This document shows positions 12,076 through 23,560 of a stretch of DNA of 64,000 nt, piece after piece. The notes below the pieces were generated by a model. It was not told the origin of the DNA and ran no database searches. It saw only the letters and a list, made by a program, of their open reading frames with translations. The position numbers were made by a program, and so were the translations under genes. Source of the stretch: Glaucostegus cemiculus (Eukaryota). Positions within the stretch are counted from its first letter, which is position 1; the number at the start of each line of letters is the position of its first letter. The stretch covers positions 6,014,001 to 6,078,000 of the forward strand of contig CDPCPM010000323.1 in the NCBI GenBank assembly GCA_976551045.1, read 5' to 3'.

Positions 12076-12977
12076 ACTGTGTACTGCGTTCTACTTCCTC
12101 ATCTACTGCATTCGGTGCTCTCCATGTGGCATCCTGTCAGCGAGACCAAGCGTAGACTCAGCCAACACTTTGCACACACCTGTACTCTACACATAATGGC
12201 CACCGTGAGCTCCTGGCTGTCTGCCAATTCAACTCACCTTCCCATTCCCGGCATTCTCCACTGCCAAGGTAAAGGCCAAATGCAAACTAGAAGAACGACA
12301 CCTCATTTACCTCCTGGGTAGGCTACAAACCAATGGTATGAACATTGAATTTTCCATTTTCAGTAACCTGCACCCCCTTATTCCTTTCAATCTCCTCCAG
12401 ATCCAACTAGGTTCTCCCAACCCCCACCCCCCAACCCCATTGTCACTCAGCTTCGTTGCCTTCCCCTACCTGGATCCAGCTGCCTATCATCAACACATTT
12501 AACCTCCTGGGTCTCCTACCCCATTCCCCAACAGGTTCCAGCTGCCCAACATCCCTCCTTTGGCTGGTTCCACTTACCACCTTCCTAACTTATCAGATTC
12601 CATCATCTGCAGCTTCTTGTGTTCCCACTGATCACATTTCAGCCTCCATCTCTACCTTCACCCTTCCCTCCCCCCACCTGGGTCCATATGCCCCCTGTTA
12701 TCCCTCTCCTTATCTGCCTATCACCCACCAGCTCCAACCCTCCCCCATCTGCCCATCATCCCACTCCTCACCTGTTTCCACCCATCACCTGCCAGCCTCT
12801 GCTTCACCCCTCCCTCTCACCGCTGACTATTTCCCCTCTACACTCTGTCCTGATGCAGGGTCTCGACCTGAAACATCGACTATCCCTCTGCCTCCACAGA
12901 TGCTGCCTGGCCACCTGTTCCTCTAGCAGTTTATTTATTGCTCTAGCTTATAACATCTGCAGTCTCTTCTGTGTCCA
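12076..12977 (+). mobile_element. Penelope-like element 3' part (GIY-YIG remnant and terminal unit)
   Basis: LIYCIRCSPCG, SETKRRL and KLEERHLIYLLG peptides, a C/T-rich tract, and a terminal unit ending gcagtctcttctgtgtc. Confidence 0.88.
12847..12880 (+). ncRNA. Minimal hammerhead ribozyme, CUGAUG-C-A variant
   Basis: GTC-CTGATGCA-GGGT(CTCG)ACCT-GAAAC-ATC-GAC. Confidence 0.7.
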
Positions 12978-13379
12978 TCATTTTACTTTGTTGTTGAACA
13001 AAACAATCTACTGTCGATCATCCTGGCATCACCTGTGCTCAGTGCGTTGTGCTCTAACCACTTATGATTGCACTTAAGAACTTCTCCATTATCCACCAGA
13101 GCAATCTCTGCTGCTCTGACAGCTGTGTTTACGATAAAAATGTCTGAAGGAGATTTTTGACCCATTGTTGATTGATTAGTTATTCTCAAAAATACAATTC
13201 ACTATATTATCAGCATTTTTTTAACCAGAGAAATAAAGTTGAAAGTTGAGAGATAAGAACAAGATAAATGACCAGTGCAAAGAAGCAGAAGATTATGCTA
13301 AATAAAGGAAATACAGAGGAGGTTGCAGTGAAGGATAAGAGGACTGATTGTTCTTACAAACTTAAAATGGTTGCTGTGA

Positions 13380-14270
13380 AAGACCATGATTCACTTTCTG
13401 CAACCAATTAATTCAAGATGGTCAGATAATTGAGAATGAAAAGCAAAAAGCAACTGCTGGAAATAACATAATAAAAATCTGCACAGTGTACACATTATTG
13501 TGGATGGAACAGCTAAACTAAGCAATACAAATGGAAGAAGTCATTGCCAGATTTCTTGGAAGATGAAGCAAAGAATTCTATTAATGGTTTGAATCTGGTG
13601 TTAATAATGTAACTGTAAGATTAACAGCATCAGCAAATTGAAGTCCAGACATGTTAACAAATTCCTCCAGCATTTTTGGTGTAAGGTTCATAATTGCTTC
13701 CGGTATTAAATCAAACAAATCAGATGATGGCATATATTCTATATGAACTTTCTGAGAAGACCAAGATGACAATGGTGATGTTATTTGGAAGCTTTAAGGA
13801 GAGTGAACATCATAATTTGATAGGATGCAGCTGAACAAATAGAAAAAAGTTTGTACATATTTATGAGTTAATGTAGGGGATGGGAATTGTAACAAATGCA
13901 GCAGAGGGATTTCTTTTGAAAGATTAAATTGTGATGAAAGATTGAAAATATATTGGTAAAACAAAGATTAAGTGCTTTTGAAGTGCAGGTTATCATCAAA
14001 GCTGGTGTTGAGAAAACCTGACAAAATTGCTGCATGAAGTTAGGTGAGTTGAGAAGAATGCTGATACTATTCAGGATACAAAGAATGAAGGATCATGTAA
14101 AATGGCTTGGACAAGAAATAACACTGATGTAGAAGGTCCAAGAAAGACACTGGAAACATTGGAAAGACGATGTCAAGAGTGACCTTATAGAGAAAGGTAT
14201 ACATACGGCTAAATCAACAGGCCAGTTCAGAACTACTGTAATAGACCTGTTCAATTTGGCCAAATGTTCT
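13380..14270 (+). mobile_element. Possible highly decayed RTE-clade LINE remnant
   Basis: Purine-rich tract ending in VEGPRK / WKDDVKSDLIEKGI, which resembles the RTE C-terminal GRP..W.D.V..DL motif. The left boundary is a guess. Confidence 0.35.
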
Positions 14271-14444
14271 TACTGATCTTTCCAAATTTTGTAGCTGTAT
14301 TGGTGTTTAGCTTTTACCAGATGTGCACATTATTACAACTATTCAACAACACAATAACATATAAGCAAACAATTTTCTTCATTATCATGAGAAATGTCAA
14401 CTTGTTTAAAATAATTAAATGCTATGCTAATGCACTAAACATTT

Positions 14445-14475
<31 letters not shown>

Positions 14476-14528
14476 CTATATATCTATATCTATATATATA
14501 AACACACACACGCACATATATATATATA
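14445..14528. repeat. Compound (CA)n/(TA)n/(TATATC)n microsatellite
   Basis: Directly visible. Confidence 0.92.
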
Positions 14529-14625
14529 AAATCATAGTCATTTATAGTGACATCAGAAATAACTGACAAATTCAAAGAATAAAGGGATAGTCCACAAATT
14601 GATAATATCATTAAAAAAATGCAGT

Positions 14626-15050
14626 AACATAGAACGTAGAAAAGTACAGCACAGGAACAGGCCCTTTGGCCCATAATATCAATTCCTAGCATGATGTCAA
14701 ATTAAACTAATCCCTTCTGCCTGCACATGATCCATATCCCTCTATTCCCTGCATATTCATGAGCCTACCTAAGAGCCCCCTGAATGCGACTATTGTATCT
14801 GCTTCCAATACCATTCCTGGCAGTGCATTCCAAGCACCTACTACTCTCTGGTAAATAACTTGGCCCACTCATCCCCTTTAAAATTTCCCCCTCTCACTTT
14901 AAAGCTATGCCCTCTAGTTTTAGACTCCACAACCCTGGGAAACCTCTATAAGGTCATCCCTCAGCCTCCCAGCATCCCAGCCTTTCCAGTCCCTCCTTAT
15001 AAATTAAGACATCCAGTCCCAGCAACATACATGTGAATCTTCCCTGCATA
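14626..15050 (-). mobile_element. CR1 LINE 3' end
   Basis: aacatagaacgtagaaaagtacagcacaggaacaggccctttggccc tail reverse complement. Peptide GRFTCMLLGL..YKEGLERLG on the minus strand. Confidence 0.88.
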
Positions 15051-15344
15051 TATTTTTTTCTGTTTTCTTCTTCACCTTGGTACCTCACTTGTACCATTGA
15101 TCCCAGGTTACCCATTGACCTTGTGCCAATGCTGAGGTCCTGCCATAACCTGGCAAACTTCAGCAAAAGCTTTTCATAGCGAAATGTGCAAGATGCGTTC
15201 TGACTATTGGGCAAGATACGGTATCAGTAACTTTGTTAGTGACTACACCATTCTCAGTTTGGACAGGAAAGTAAATAGACAGAATTCAGAAGGATGGGGA
15301 TAGACAGGATAGAAAGATGAAAGAAAGAACAGAAGGAAAGGCAA

Positions 15345-15455
15345 AGTAACTAAATTTTTATACCATCTTTCACGAGCCTTTCACTGCATCCCAAAGTGCC
15401 ACCAAGGTACATCTGATGTATAATCTTTGTTAAAACATAGAAAATGCAGCAACCC
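15345..15455 (-). mobile_element. DeuSINE-like 3' fragment
   Basis: ctttcacga...catcccaaagtgc...tagaaaatgcagcaacc resembles the SacSINE1-like tail reverse complement. Confidence 0.4.
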
Positions 15456-15459
15456 ATAT

Positions 15460-15742
15460 TTTTTCATTCATCCGTGGGATGTGGATGTGCTGGCAAGACC
15501 ATTTGTCACCCATCCCTGTCCAACCAAGAAGGTTGTGGTGAACCTACGTTTTGAACCGTCTGGTGAAGACACTCCCACAAAGCTGCTGGCCAGGGATCCA
15601 ACAATGATGAAGGAAGGTCAATGCATGGAATGTGACTGGAGGGGAAGCTGCAGGTGGACCATTTTCCATATGCCTGCACCCCTTCTCTTTGTTGACAGCA
15701 AAGATTGTGGGCTGTGAAGTGCTGTTGAAATAGCCTGGGCAT
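15460..15742 (-). mobile_element. CR1-group LINE 3' end (second family), sharing its tail with the SINE at 22050
   Basis: ttcattcatccgtgggatgtggatgtgctggcaagaccattt..cccatccct is the reverse complement of the tail at about 22327-22385. Confidence 0.65.
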
Positions 15743-15829
15743 ATATTATATATGTGCTCTGGGTGAACTGGTTCCTCCTAGAGCACTTGTTAGGTTCAGC
15801 TTATATTTAAGGCCTCAAGTCTGGTCTTG

Positions 15830-16280
15830 CCTACAATTTCAAATATCTTTTCTGCATCTACTCTATCAGTTCCTTATATGAGCTTGAAGAACTCTATCAG
15901 GTTACCCCTCAGTATTGATTTCTGGGGGAAAAGTCCCTAGCTTGTCCCTCTGCTTTCATTCTCCACAAATGAAAACGATTTCTCTCCATCTGCCCTGTCT
16001 GAACTTCTCCATGTTTTATTAATACATCCATCAGAAGTCTCCCCAAATTCCTCTCTTCCATGACCCCAGCTTGTCTGGTGTCTCCAATTAACTGAAGTCC
16101 CTCATCCCCAGCAAAACCACTTTCCCAGACACAATGGAAAGACCCAAAACTTCCACAAAAATGTGTGTAGCCTCAACACTCCCACTGATTTCAGAGAAGG
16201 AAAGTGGTGAAGAAACGGGGATGCCTTCTCACATCATGAACAGTTAGAATCTGGAATGCACAACTGGGGAAATGGTGGTG
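15830..16280. mobile_element. Cluster of decayed CR1 fragments (minus strand to about 16130, plus strand about 16190-16280)
   Basis: tctatcaggttacccctcag, aagtccctcatcccc and gttagaatctggaatgcac motifs. Confidence 0.5.
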
Positions 16281-16289
16281 TCAGTTTCA

Positions 16290-16500
16290 GGGAAAGGACA
16301 GCATATTACCTTCCCTGAAGATATTAGTGAAGAAGATCAAACAGTCAGTCATTTAAAACATAGCTTTACAAAAACTAGATTTATTGTAAATTCCAGGTAT
16401 TTGGATTATTTGAACTTACATTCCCAAGATCCTGTTGTGGCATGCAAACTCATCTGAGCACCAAATGTGTGGCTCTAGCCCAATTACCATGCTCCTGTAC
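16290..16500 (-). mobile_element. tRNA-derived SINE fragment, same family as 22050-22388
   Basis: ccttccctgaagatattagtgaa resembles the reverse complement of ttcagcaatatccttcagggaaa in the plus-strand copy. Confidence 0.5.
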
Positions 16501-18569
16501 CCTGGTAACCTTTAATCCTGCTCCAATAATTTATTTCCTATTTTGCAGAAAACCTTCAGATCCACATACAAAGCAGAGACACAGCTTTATAACTATATCT
16601 TTCAGACAAGGACAAAAATGACAGAAGTTTGTAGCTTTATACAAAGGACAGCAAACTCTTCGGATTGTGGGAGAAGAAAAGTCCCTGCAATACATCGCCT
16701 CAGCAGATGAGCTCTCAAATTAGTTCAGCGAGTGCCACTGATGAAGAGACACTACTGCCACCATTTGTATCATAAGGGCATTCATCAAATTAATTACCAA
16801 AAGAAACACCTCTGATACCTCTTCATTTAGGCCCCTCTAAATGAGGCAGGCCAGGGTTGACACAGGACTAATGCAGCCAGCTCCATTCACACATAATTAA
16901 TTGAACAGTGTGAGCATGACAAATTGGAATGATGAATCTATCTACTATGAATAGCAAAAGGAAAAAAAATGCATAATCAGTCAAGGATCTTGCTGTCTCT
17001 CCCTAACTCAACTGCACATCTAAATCCATTAAAATGAGGAAGAATCTCTCCTTAAAAAAAAGTCCTGTGTCTGTTTTTTTTGTATTGAATCTGTAACTTT
17101 GCTTTGGCTGCTTTGATTAATGCAGCAGTAACGGGTGAATGTGTATCCATACTCTTTAGGAAAAAGAATCTTGTTATTTATCAATCCTATAAATCTCACT
17201 GTGGCTAGTTAGCCCCAGGTGTTGATGCTTTCTAAAAATGTTCACAACTCAATACAATGGGATGTTGTTTCTGTCACAATAAAAAGTTAGGATCCAGCTA
17301 ATAACCTTCTTGATGAGCTTTTTGGATCAAAGTTGCAGGGGAAAAAAATGAAAGGAAAAAGATTTCTTCCCTGTTGAATATAAAGTCAAACACTTGTCCC
17401 TATGGTCTGGGGGTGAAAAGTAATCCCTTTTAATCATCTGATGCATACTGGATGATCAATGGTTTGACTCTTCCCATATTCATGTTCATATCAGAGTGCC
17501 TCCTGTTCCAATAAATGATTAGTATGAGCAGAATGTATTAAAATGAATTATAACAACACACTGATTTCAGCCAAGTTGGCAGTGCTGCTTTATCATAGGT
17601 GACAGCTGCCTCCCCTGAGCCCATAGCTGTACATAGTCAGAAGGTGTAGTTTGGATTTATCCGAAAAATTTCAGGGCTCAAGAACTGACACCTATTTAAA
17701 AGAGAACAACAAATTGCAGACCATGGTTAGGGGGGAAAAAAATCTACTAGGTAGGAAAAATGAACTAACTGAGAGAAAATCCTATCTTAATTGGATGAGA
17801 TGAGAAACAGGAGGCCTAAAAAATGTGCCAAGAGCAGTTCGTTATGTGAAGGACACATTATCCTTTTCAGTTCCCATGATTCAGCATAGTAAGTAGTCAT
17901 TTTTAATAGGTTTAAAGCTTGCTGTGAAATATTGGAGTGCCTAGTTTTCATCTGACACTATAACCTCCCTTGGGAGAGTTGAGATTGTTGTGAGCGTAAA
18001 GGGGAATGCAGCAGGACATAAAGTGTAAATGCGCACTTATTTTGGATACCAGAGAAATACTACCTATAGTGTGCATTAAACCAATCAAAGGGCCAAAGAA
18101 AGTTAGTTAGTCCACATCACTATTAGGATCTAAATCAGGATATATTTATGTATTTTTTGATTGTTGAATGGAATGCCAGACATCAAACATCGTTCAGATT
18201 GATTGGAATGCTGGTGATTTGGAAGCTGATCAAAAGTAAATATACCATACTGTACCTGAACATATCTGTTTGTACTATAATCATTTTGGCAGTGGTTTGA
18301 AATTCCATGCTGGACCGTTTACAAACCCAGTTTTTTCCATTTTCCATCTCAGATTTCATATCTGCATGTTGAAGAGATGTCATGGGTTTAATAGTTTCCA
18401 TTGTGGTCATCACCTATTCCTGAACAGACAGGGATAGAAAGTACCATTACCTGGTAAAGTGGGATAAAGCAGTTATAAAGAATAGATAACTTGCCTAATA
18501 AGCACTAACATTAGAGAGATTCTATTCCTAATTAATCATTTTGATCTGAGATGGAACCATGAACTGTGA

Positions 18570-18650
18570 AGTATAGGATGGATGCTTGGTCATCGGTATG
18601 GATATGGTGGACCAAAGGATCTGTTTCTGTACTGTACGACTCTATGGCTC
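18570..18650 (+). mobile_element. Isolated CR1/HE1 3' tail
   Basis: ggtggaccaaaggatctgtttctgtactgtacgactctatg. Confidence 0.7.
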
Positions 18651-20393
18651 AACGACTAATGTGGAAAGATATGGGTTTCAAAATATACTACATCACAAAG
18701 TTTGAAAACAAGCAGATTAAAATTTAGTGTACATTTCCCGAGAGTTCTCTACACATTACAATTTTTACTCCTTATATCTCCAGTTAATTTTAACCAAATC
18801 ACAAGATTATCCAAGGTGCAACACCAGTTGTATATAAAAATGCACTTTTGATCTTATTAATTCAATAGCTATGACTTTAAAAAGTTTTTTTTGCTTTATT
18901 TGCTTTTTTTGTGTAGAACCAAATATTTTAAGTATGGTTTCCCTTCATATCATCATGAATTTAGACACTCCTGGCAATGAGTAAAGCACACACTTCAAGC
19001 CTGTAAAGTGGTGGAGAGCAGGATATTCTCTGTAAGGCCCAAATTAACCCCATCGCGCTTCAGTGGCAGAGTTCGACTGGAAGCTAAACCTTCGATCAGT
19101 GAAGCCAGGGGGGAAATTTGAACAAGGATTTCATTGACAGGCAGCATTTTTACTCACCCTGATGATGCTTTTTTTCATCAACAACTAAGGTTGCTCTTTT
19201 CTGATTAGGTTTCTCTTTTCAAAGGGGTGACAATTTGTTTTAAATATTTACATATCACAGCTCATTACATTGTGATAAGAAACCTTTGATCAATCACAAT
19301 GAAGCTTCAATAAGCATTAAGAGAGAAATGATCATAATATGAGGTTTGTAATAATTAAGTCTCTGATAACTAGGTTCAGCTGCACTTGTTAAAAGGTAAG
19401 ATGACATATTAATACATTACAGAAAATATCAAACTGATGACTCAATGAGTAATTGCATCATGTAGTGTGACTATTCAACAGCACTGAGCAGGTTCCTCCC
19501 TGCTCTGAACGTAGGATGTTAGAATGAGAAAAGGCTAGTTATTCAATGAAAAGCAAATGATAAATTCATCTTCCATTGTTCTTATTGCTTCCTGTAATAT
19601 CCTAGTGCCAGTAAATCCATGAAATTACTCCAACACTTCAGACTTAAAAATCTCCTTGCTTGCAGATCTCAATCTGGCCTTATTGTCCACCTACTTCTGA
19701 AGCCTCCTCAAGTCCTACCAATCTTCCAAAAACCTAAATGACTAAAACTCATTTCCCTGTCAGTAGTGTTCATGCTCTATACAGTATTAGTTGCATGTCC
19801 TTTCCCTCTCTCACTCATAAGACCACAGATACATAAAGTGAAGCAGAAATTTAAAAAAAGTTTCTCACTCTTTGTACCTGTGGTGGCTCCTTAAAAAACT
19901 GTACATCAATTCCCACTCCCACTCCGTACAACACAGCACATTTCTCCTTGTAAAATATTTACTCAATTCACAGTTGAGAGTTATCATTAAATCTCGTTTC
20001 AGTGCATATTTATGAATTACAGAACTAATTGCATTATTTATTTTCCTCGCATCACTTTTGAGCATTTGCCAGTCACCTTAAATTTATGTCCTCTAGTTAC
20101 CACCCCAGCCCAGCTTTCCAATATCCTTGATCATTCTTGAAAAAATCTCCCCTCCAGTCTTTCTGCTCCAGCAGCAACACCAGTATCCAGCCTAATGTTC
20201 TGCTCTCAAGGCGCGTGAAATACAACTAGTGGGAAGGGATAAAATCAACTCAGAGCTCCGACTTCTGATGTTTGTTTGAAAAATTGGATGGCTGTAGATA
20301 AGCTGGGATCCCATAACATCGAACAGGCTGAAGGTGCATCTATGTGAGCTGAAATCTTGAAAGCTAAATGAATACCACAGGGTAAATCTGGCT

Positions 20394-20509
20394 CAACACA
20401 CAAGATGCTGGAGGAACTCATTTCCCTCCACAGATGCTGCCTGATACATTAAGTTCCTCCAGCATCTTGTGTGTTGTTCCAGTTTCCAGCACCTACAGTT
20501 CCTTGTGTC
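20394..20509 (+). mobile_element. Short PLE terminal unit with inverted 5' segment (hairpin insert)
   Basis: Perfect 25-bp inverted repeat at 20394-20418 / 20452-20476. Degenerate TSD TAAATCTGGCT / TAGATCTCGCT. Confidence 0.8.
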
Positions 20510-21339
20510 TAGATCTCGCTGCTTAGCTAGCCATAATTTACGTAACTAAAACTGTTACAATTAAAGACATTAACATACAATGCTGTGCTTTGGGAGGTGA
20601 AGCAGAATTAAGAAAAAATGTTCCAAAATAGGACTATTTTAGGATTGGTGGTTGTAACTGGTTTCTGCAGTAAAAGAAAAGAGATATGTTTTTCCATTTC
20701 AGCAGTATTTATTACTTGGAATTTAAATCGGGTTACACAGCTTGTAAGCAGATCATTGATTAAGTGAACTCTGATATATATGATAATTAATTATAGCCAC
20801 TTACACAGTATTGACTAAAAAGATAAACATAATCTATTATAGTCAGCAATAATATTAAAGATATAGATCAAAATGCTTTGATGAAAATAAATGCAGAATA
20901 GATTAATTGTAAAATTGAGATTAGGCAAAAGCAGGCAGCAAACTAATTAACATGAATTACAGCAAAGTATGCAGCATTGCATATTACAGGACTTGGTATC
21001 CTTGGGGTGATGGAAATTTAAAATGCCATTGTGGACTGTTCATCATTCAAAGTTAGTGGCAGGTATTATTCAAGAAAGTTCTGTAAACATTTGAAGTGAA
21101 TGCAACCCATTACTCAAGGTTCTGCTTAGCCAGGGCATGGTTGAGATGCATGTCATCTAGAATAGGTGTCAACCGTGTCCATTTTCATACCAGACAGTAG
21201 ACATGACCAGGTAAAAATCCAAGTCTACCATAACAGACCCTGCCCCTGATAAGGCATCACACTATGAACTGAAGAAACTTGGGAAGACAGAGACAGGCCT
21301 CTCTGTTGATCTTTGAAGCTTTGAACTGTGGCTGAAGAC

Positions 21340-21780
21340 AGCATGAAGGCAGGGATGAAATTCAGTAGAAAAGTGGTTTGCTGTGGGGAGATTGTGTAAG
21401 ACTAGTCTGTACTTACAGGAGTTTAGAAGAGCAAGAGGGGATCTCATTGAGACATGAAAGTCTAAATGGTATTGAAAGGCTAATGACCAAGAGGCCATTG
21501 CCTTGAATGGGAGAATTTAAAACTGTAAGGCATATTATCAGGATAAGAGTTGTCCATTTAGGGCAGAGTAGAGAAGATTTTCTAATGTAGAGGGTTTCAA
21601 ATTTTTTGAATTTTCTCTCTCAGAGTTTATTCAAGACTGAGATCAGTAAATGCTTAGACAACCAGGGAATCAGGGGATGTGGGGAAATGGCTAAGTGAAT
21701 GGACCTGAAACATAGGATCAGCAGTGATCTTATTGGATGGGTATACTGAGTGTAACTGGGCTTCTGCCTGCAATTTTGTG
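21340..21780 (+). mobile_element. Old CR1 LINE 3' end
   Basis: ggagtttagaagagcaagaggggatctcattgagaca (EFRRARGDLIET) and gatcagcagtgatcttattg tail. Confidence 0.8.
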
Positions 21781-21814
21781 CAATACCGAATAGCCAGCAT
21801 GCTTTGTATAACAT

Positions 21815-22700
21815 CTGTTTTGTGTGGCACCTTATCAAATGTCTTCTTAAAATTCCAGATACGTGACATATACTGGCTTCACCCTTATTTGCCCTTCTTG
21901 TAACATCCTCAGAAAATTCATTTTGATTTATCCAACATGATTTTGCCTTCATAAAATTATGTTGACCCTGCCTAATCATGTTAGGATTTCCTAAGTTAAA
22001 ACATCCTTAATGATATAGAGGGTTCAGTGGCATACTTTTACGTGCAGCGGGAACGTGGTTAAATTACAGGTCTGATAGTAAAGTTATCTCCTTGATCTAG
22101 GGATATAAGTTCAAATCCATGATAGCATCTGTGGAATTTAAATTCAAGTCATTGAGTAAATTTAGAACTAAATGTCTAAAAAATATATTTTTAACAAAGA
22201 AGCCACTGGAGTATCATTTGGTTCAGCAATATCCTTCAGGGAAAGAAATGGACTGGGCTCCCTTGGTTTGGTCTATGTGTGAGTCCAGGCTCACTCATGA
22301 GGTTGCCTCTGAGTTCAGGGACACATAGGGATGGACAATAAATGCTGGCATGGCCAGTGACATCCACATCCTGTGAATGAATAGAATGAAGAAACATTTT
22401 GTCAACAGCTGTCAGGATAATTGGTCTATAGTTTTCTCTCCCTCCTTTCTCGAAAACAGCTCCCACTTCCTGCCTGCTGGGCTAAACCAGTACCTATGCA
22501 ATCACTAACACACCTGCCATCTTGATAGCCACCAATTTTGCATTCCTGGGACGCAGGTTATCACGTTGATGTGACTTGACCTGTTTAGATTCCATAATTT
22601 TCCCAACATTTTTTCTTTAGTAATAGTAATGATTTTAAATTCCCTTCTGTCACATTGCTGTTAGCTTCTAGACATTTCCTTCATTTAAACTTTAAAAACA
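21815..22700 (-). mobile_element. CR1 reverse-transcriptase fragment split by a SINE
   Basis: NYRPIILT, QHNFMKAKSC and FKKTFDKVPH RT motifs on the minus strand. Confidence 0.8.
22050..22388 (+). mobile_element. tRNA-headed SINE with CR1-group tail, nested in CR1
   Basis: B-box-like agttcaaatcc, core ggttcagcaatatccttcagggaaagaaat, tail agggatggacaataaatgctggc...acatcctgtgaatgaata. Confidence 0.75.
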
Positions 22701-23246
22701 GCATATGCAAAATCAAGTTAATTACCTGTCCTCATTCCAGATAATTATTATATTTAATTAATACCTATGGGGGCAGTAATCTGAATTTCAACTGCTCCTA
22801 ATCAAATCAAATCAAGCCATAGCCATCCAGTAAAATGGAAACACAAAACCAGTGGCATGTTATTCTTTCTGGCCTGTCTGCAAAATGATTTCTTTAAATA
22901 ATTTAAGCTAATGTGATCCAGTTAGTACATACATTTACGAAAGGATCTTTCAATGGATGTGGCTGGGAATGGTAACAGAAAATGCTGAAAATTAATTTGA
23001 ACTTTGTCCTCTCTATCAGTCATCTAGTGAAGTATTTAATACTCATATTCACAAGGCCCATTCTGATCTACAAGAAAACACCTTGAAGGTGACTGCCCAA
23101 TCATGCACAATCAATGCTACTAAAATATATTGCCTCAATCACTCTGATCCAGCTGTGCTGCCTCACGTTCTATCTTTTCCCGAAGTTCATTCCTGTACAA
23201 TACAGGAGCATGGTCTTTCTGGATGCCCATTCACATTTTGCATTTC

Positions 23247-23560
23247 ATATGGTCGTACAGCAGAGAAGTAGGCCCATCAGCCCATCAAGTAAATGCCAAC
23301 CATCAAGCACCCATCTACATTTTCCCACTTCCTCCCAGATTCCACCACCCACCCACACACCAGGGACCATTTACGGTGACCAATTGACCTACCAACCCAC
23401 ATGGCCCTAAAATATGGAAGGAAACAGAAGGACCCAGAGGAAACCCATGCAGTCATGGGAAGAAAGTGCAAATTCCGCACAGGCAGCTCTGGAGGTCAGG
23501 ATTGAACCAAGGTCACTGGAGCTGGGAGGTAGTAGCTCTACTAGCTGCACCACTATGCCA
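23247..23560 (-). mobile_element. Near full-length HE1-like V-SINE
   Basis: tRNA head reverse complement (aggattgaacc...ctgcaccactatgcca), V-domain, and CR1 tail (gtacagc...aggcccatcagccc). Confidence 0.85.

Noticed and set aside
16549-16710. Plus-strand exon after ttttgcag (KTFRSTYKAETQL...)
   Set aside because: It has a good acceptor but no donor or recognisable homology, so it cannot be told from chance.
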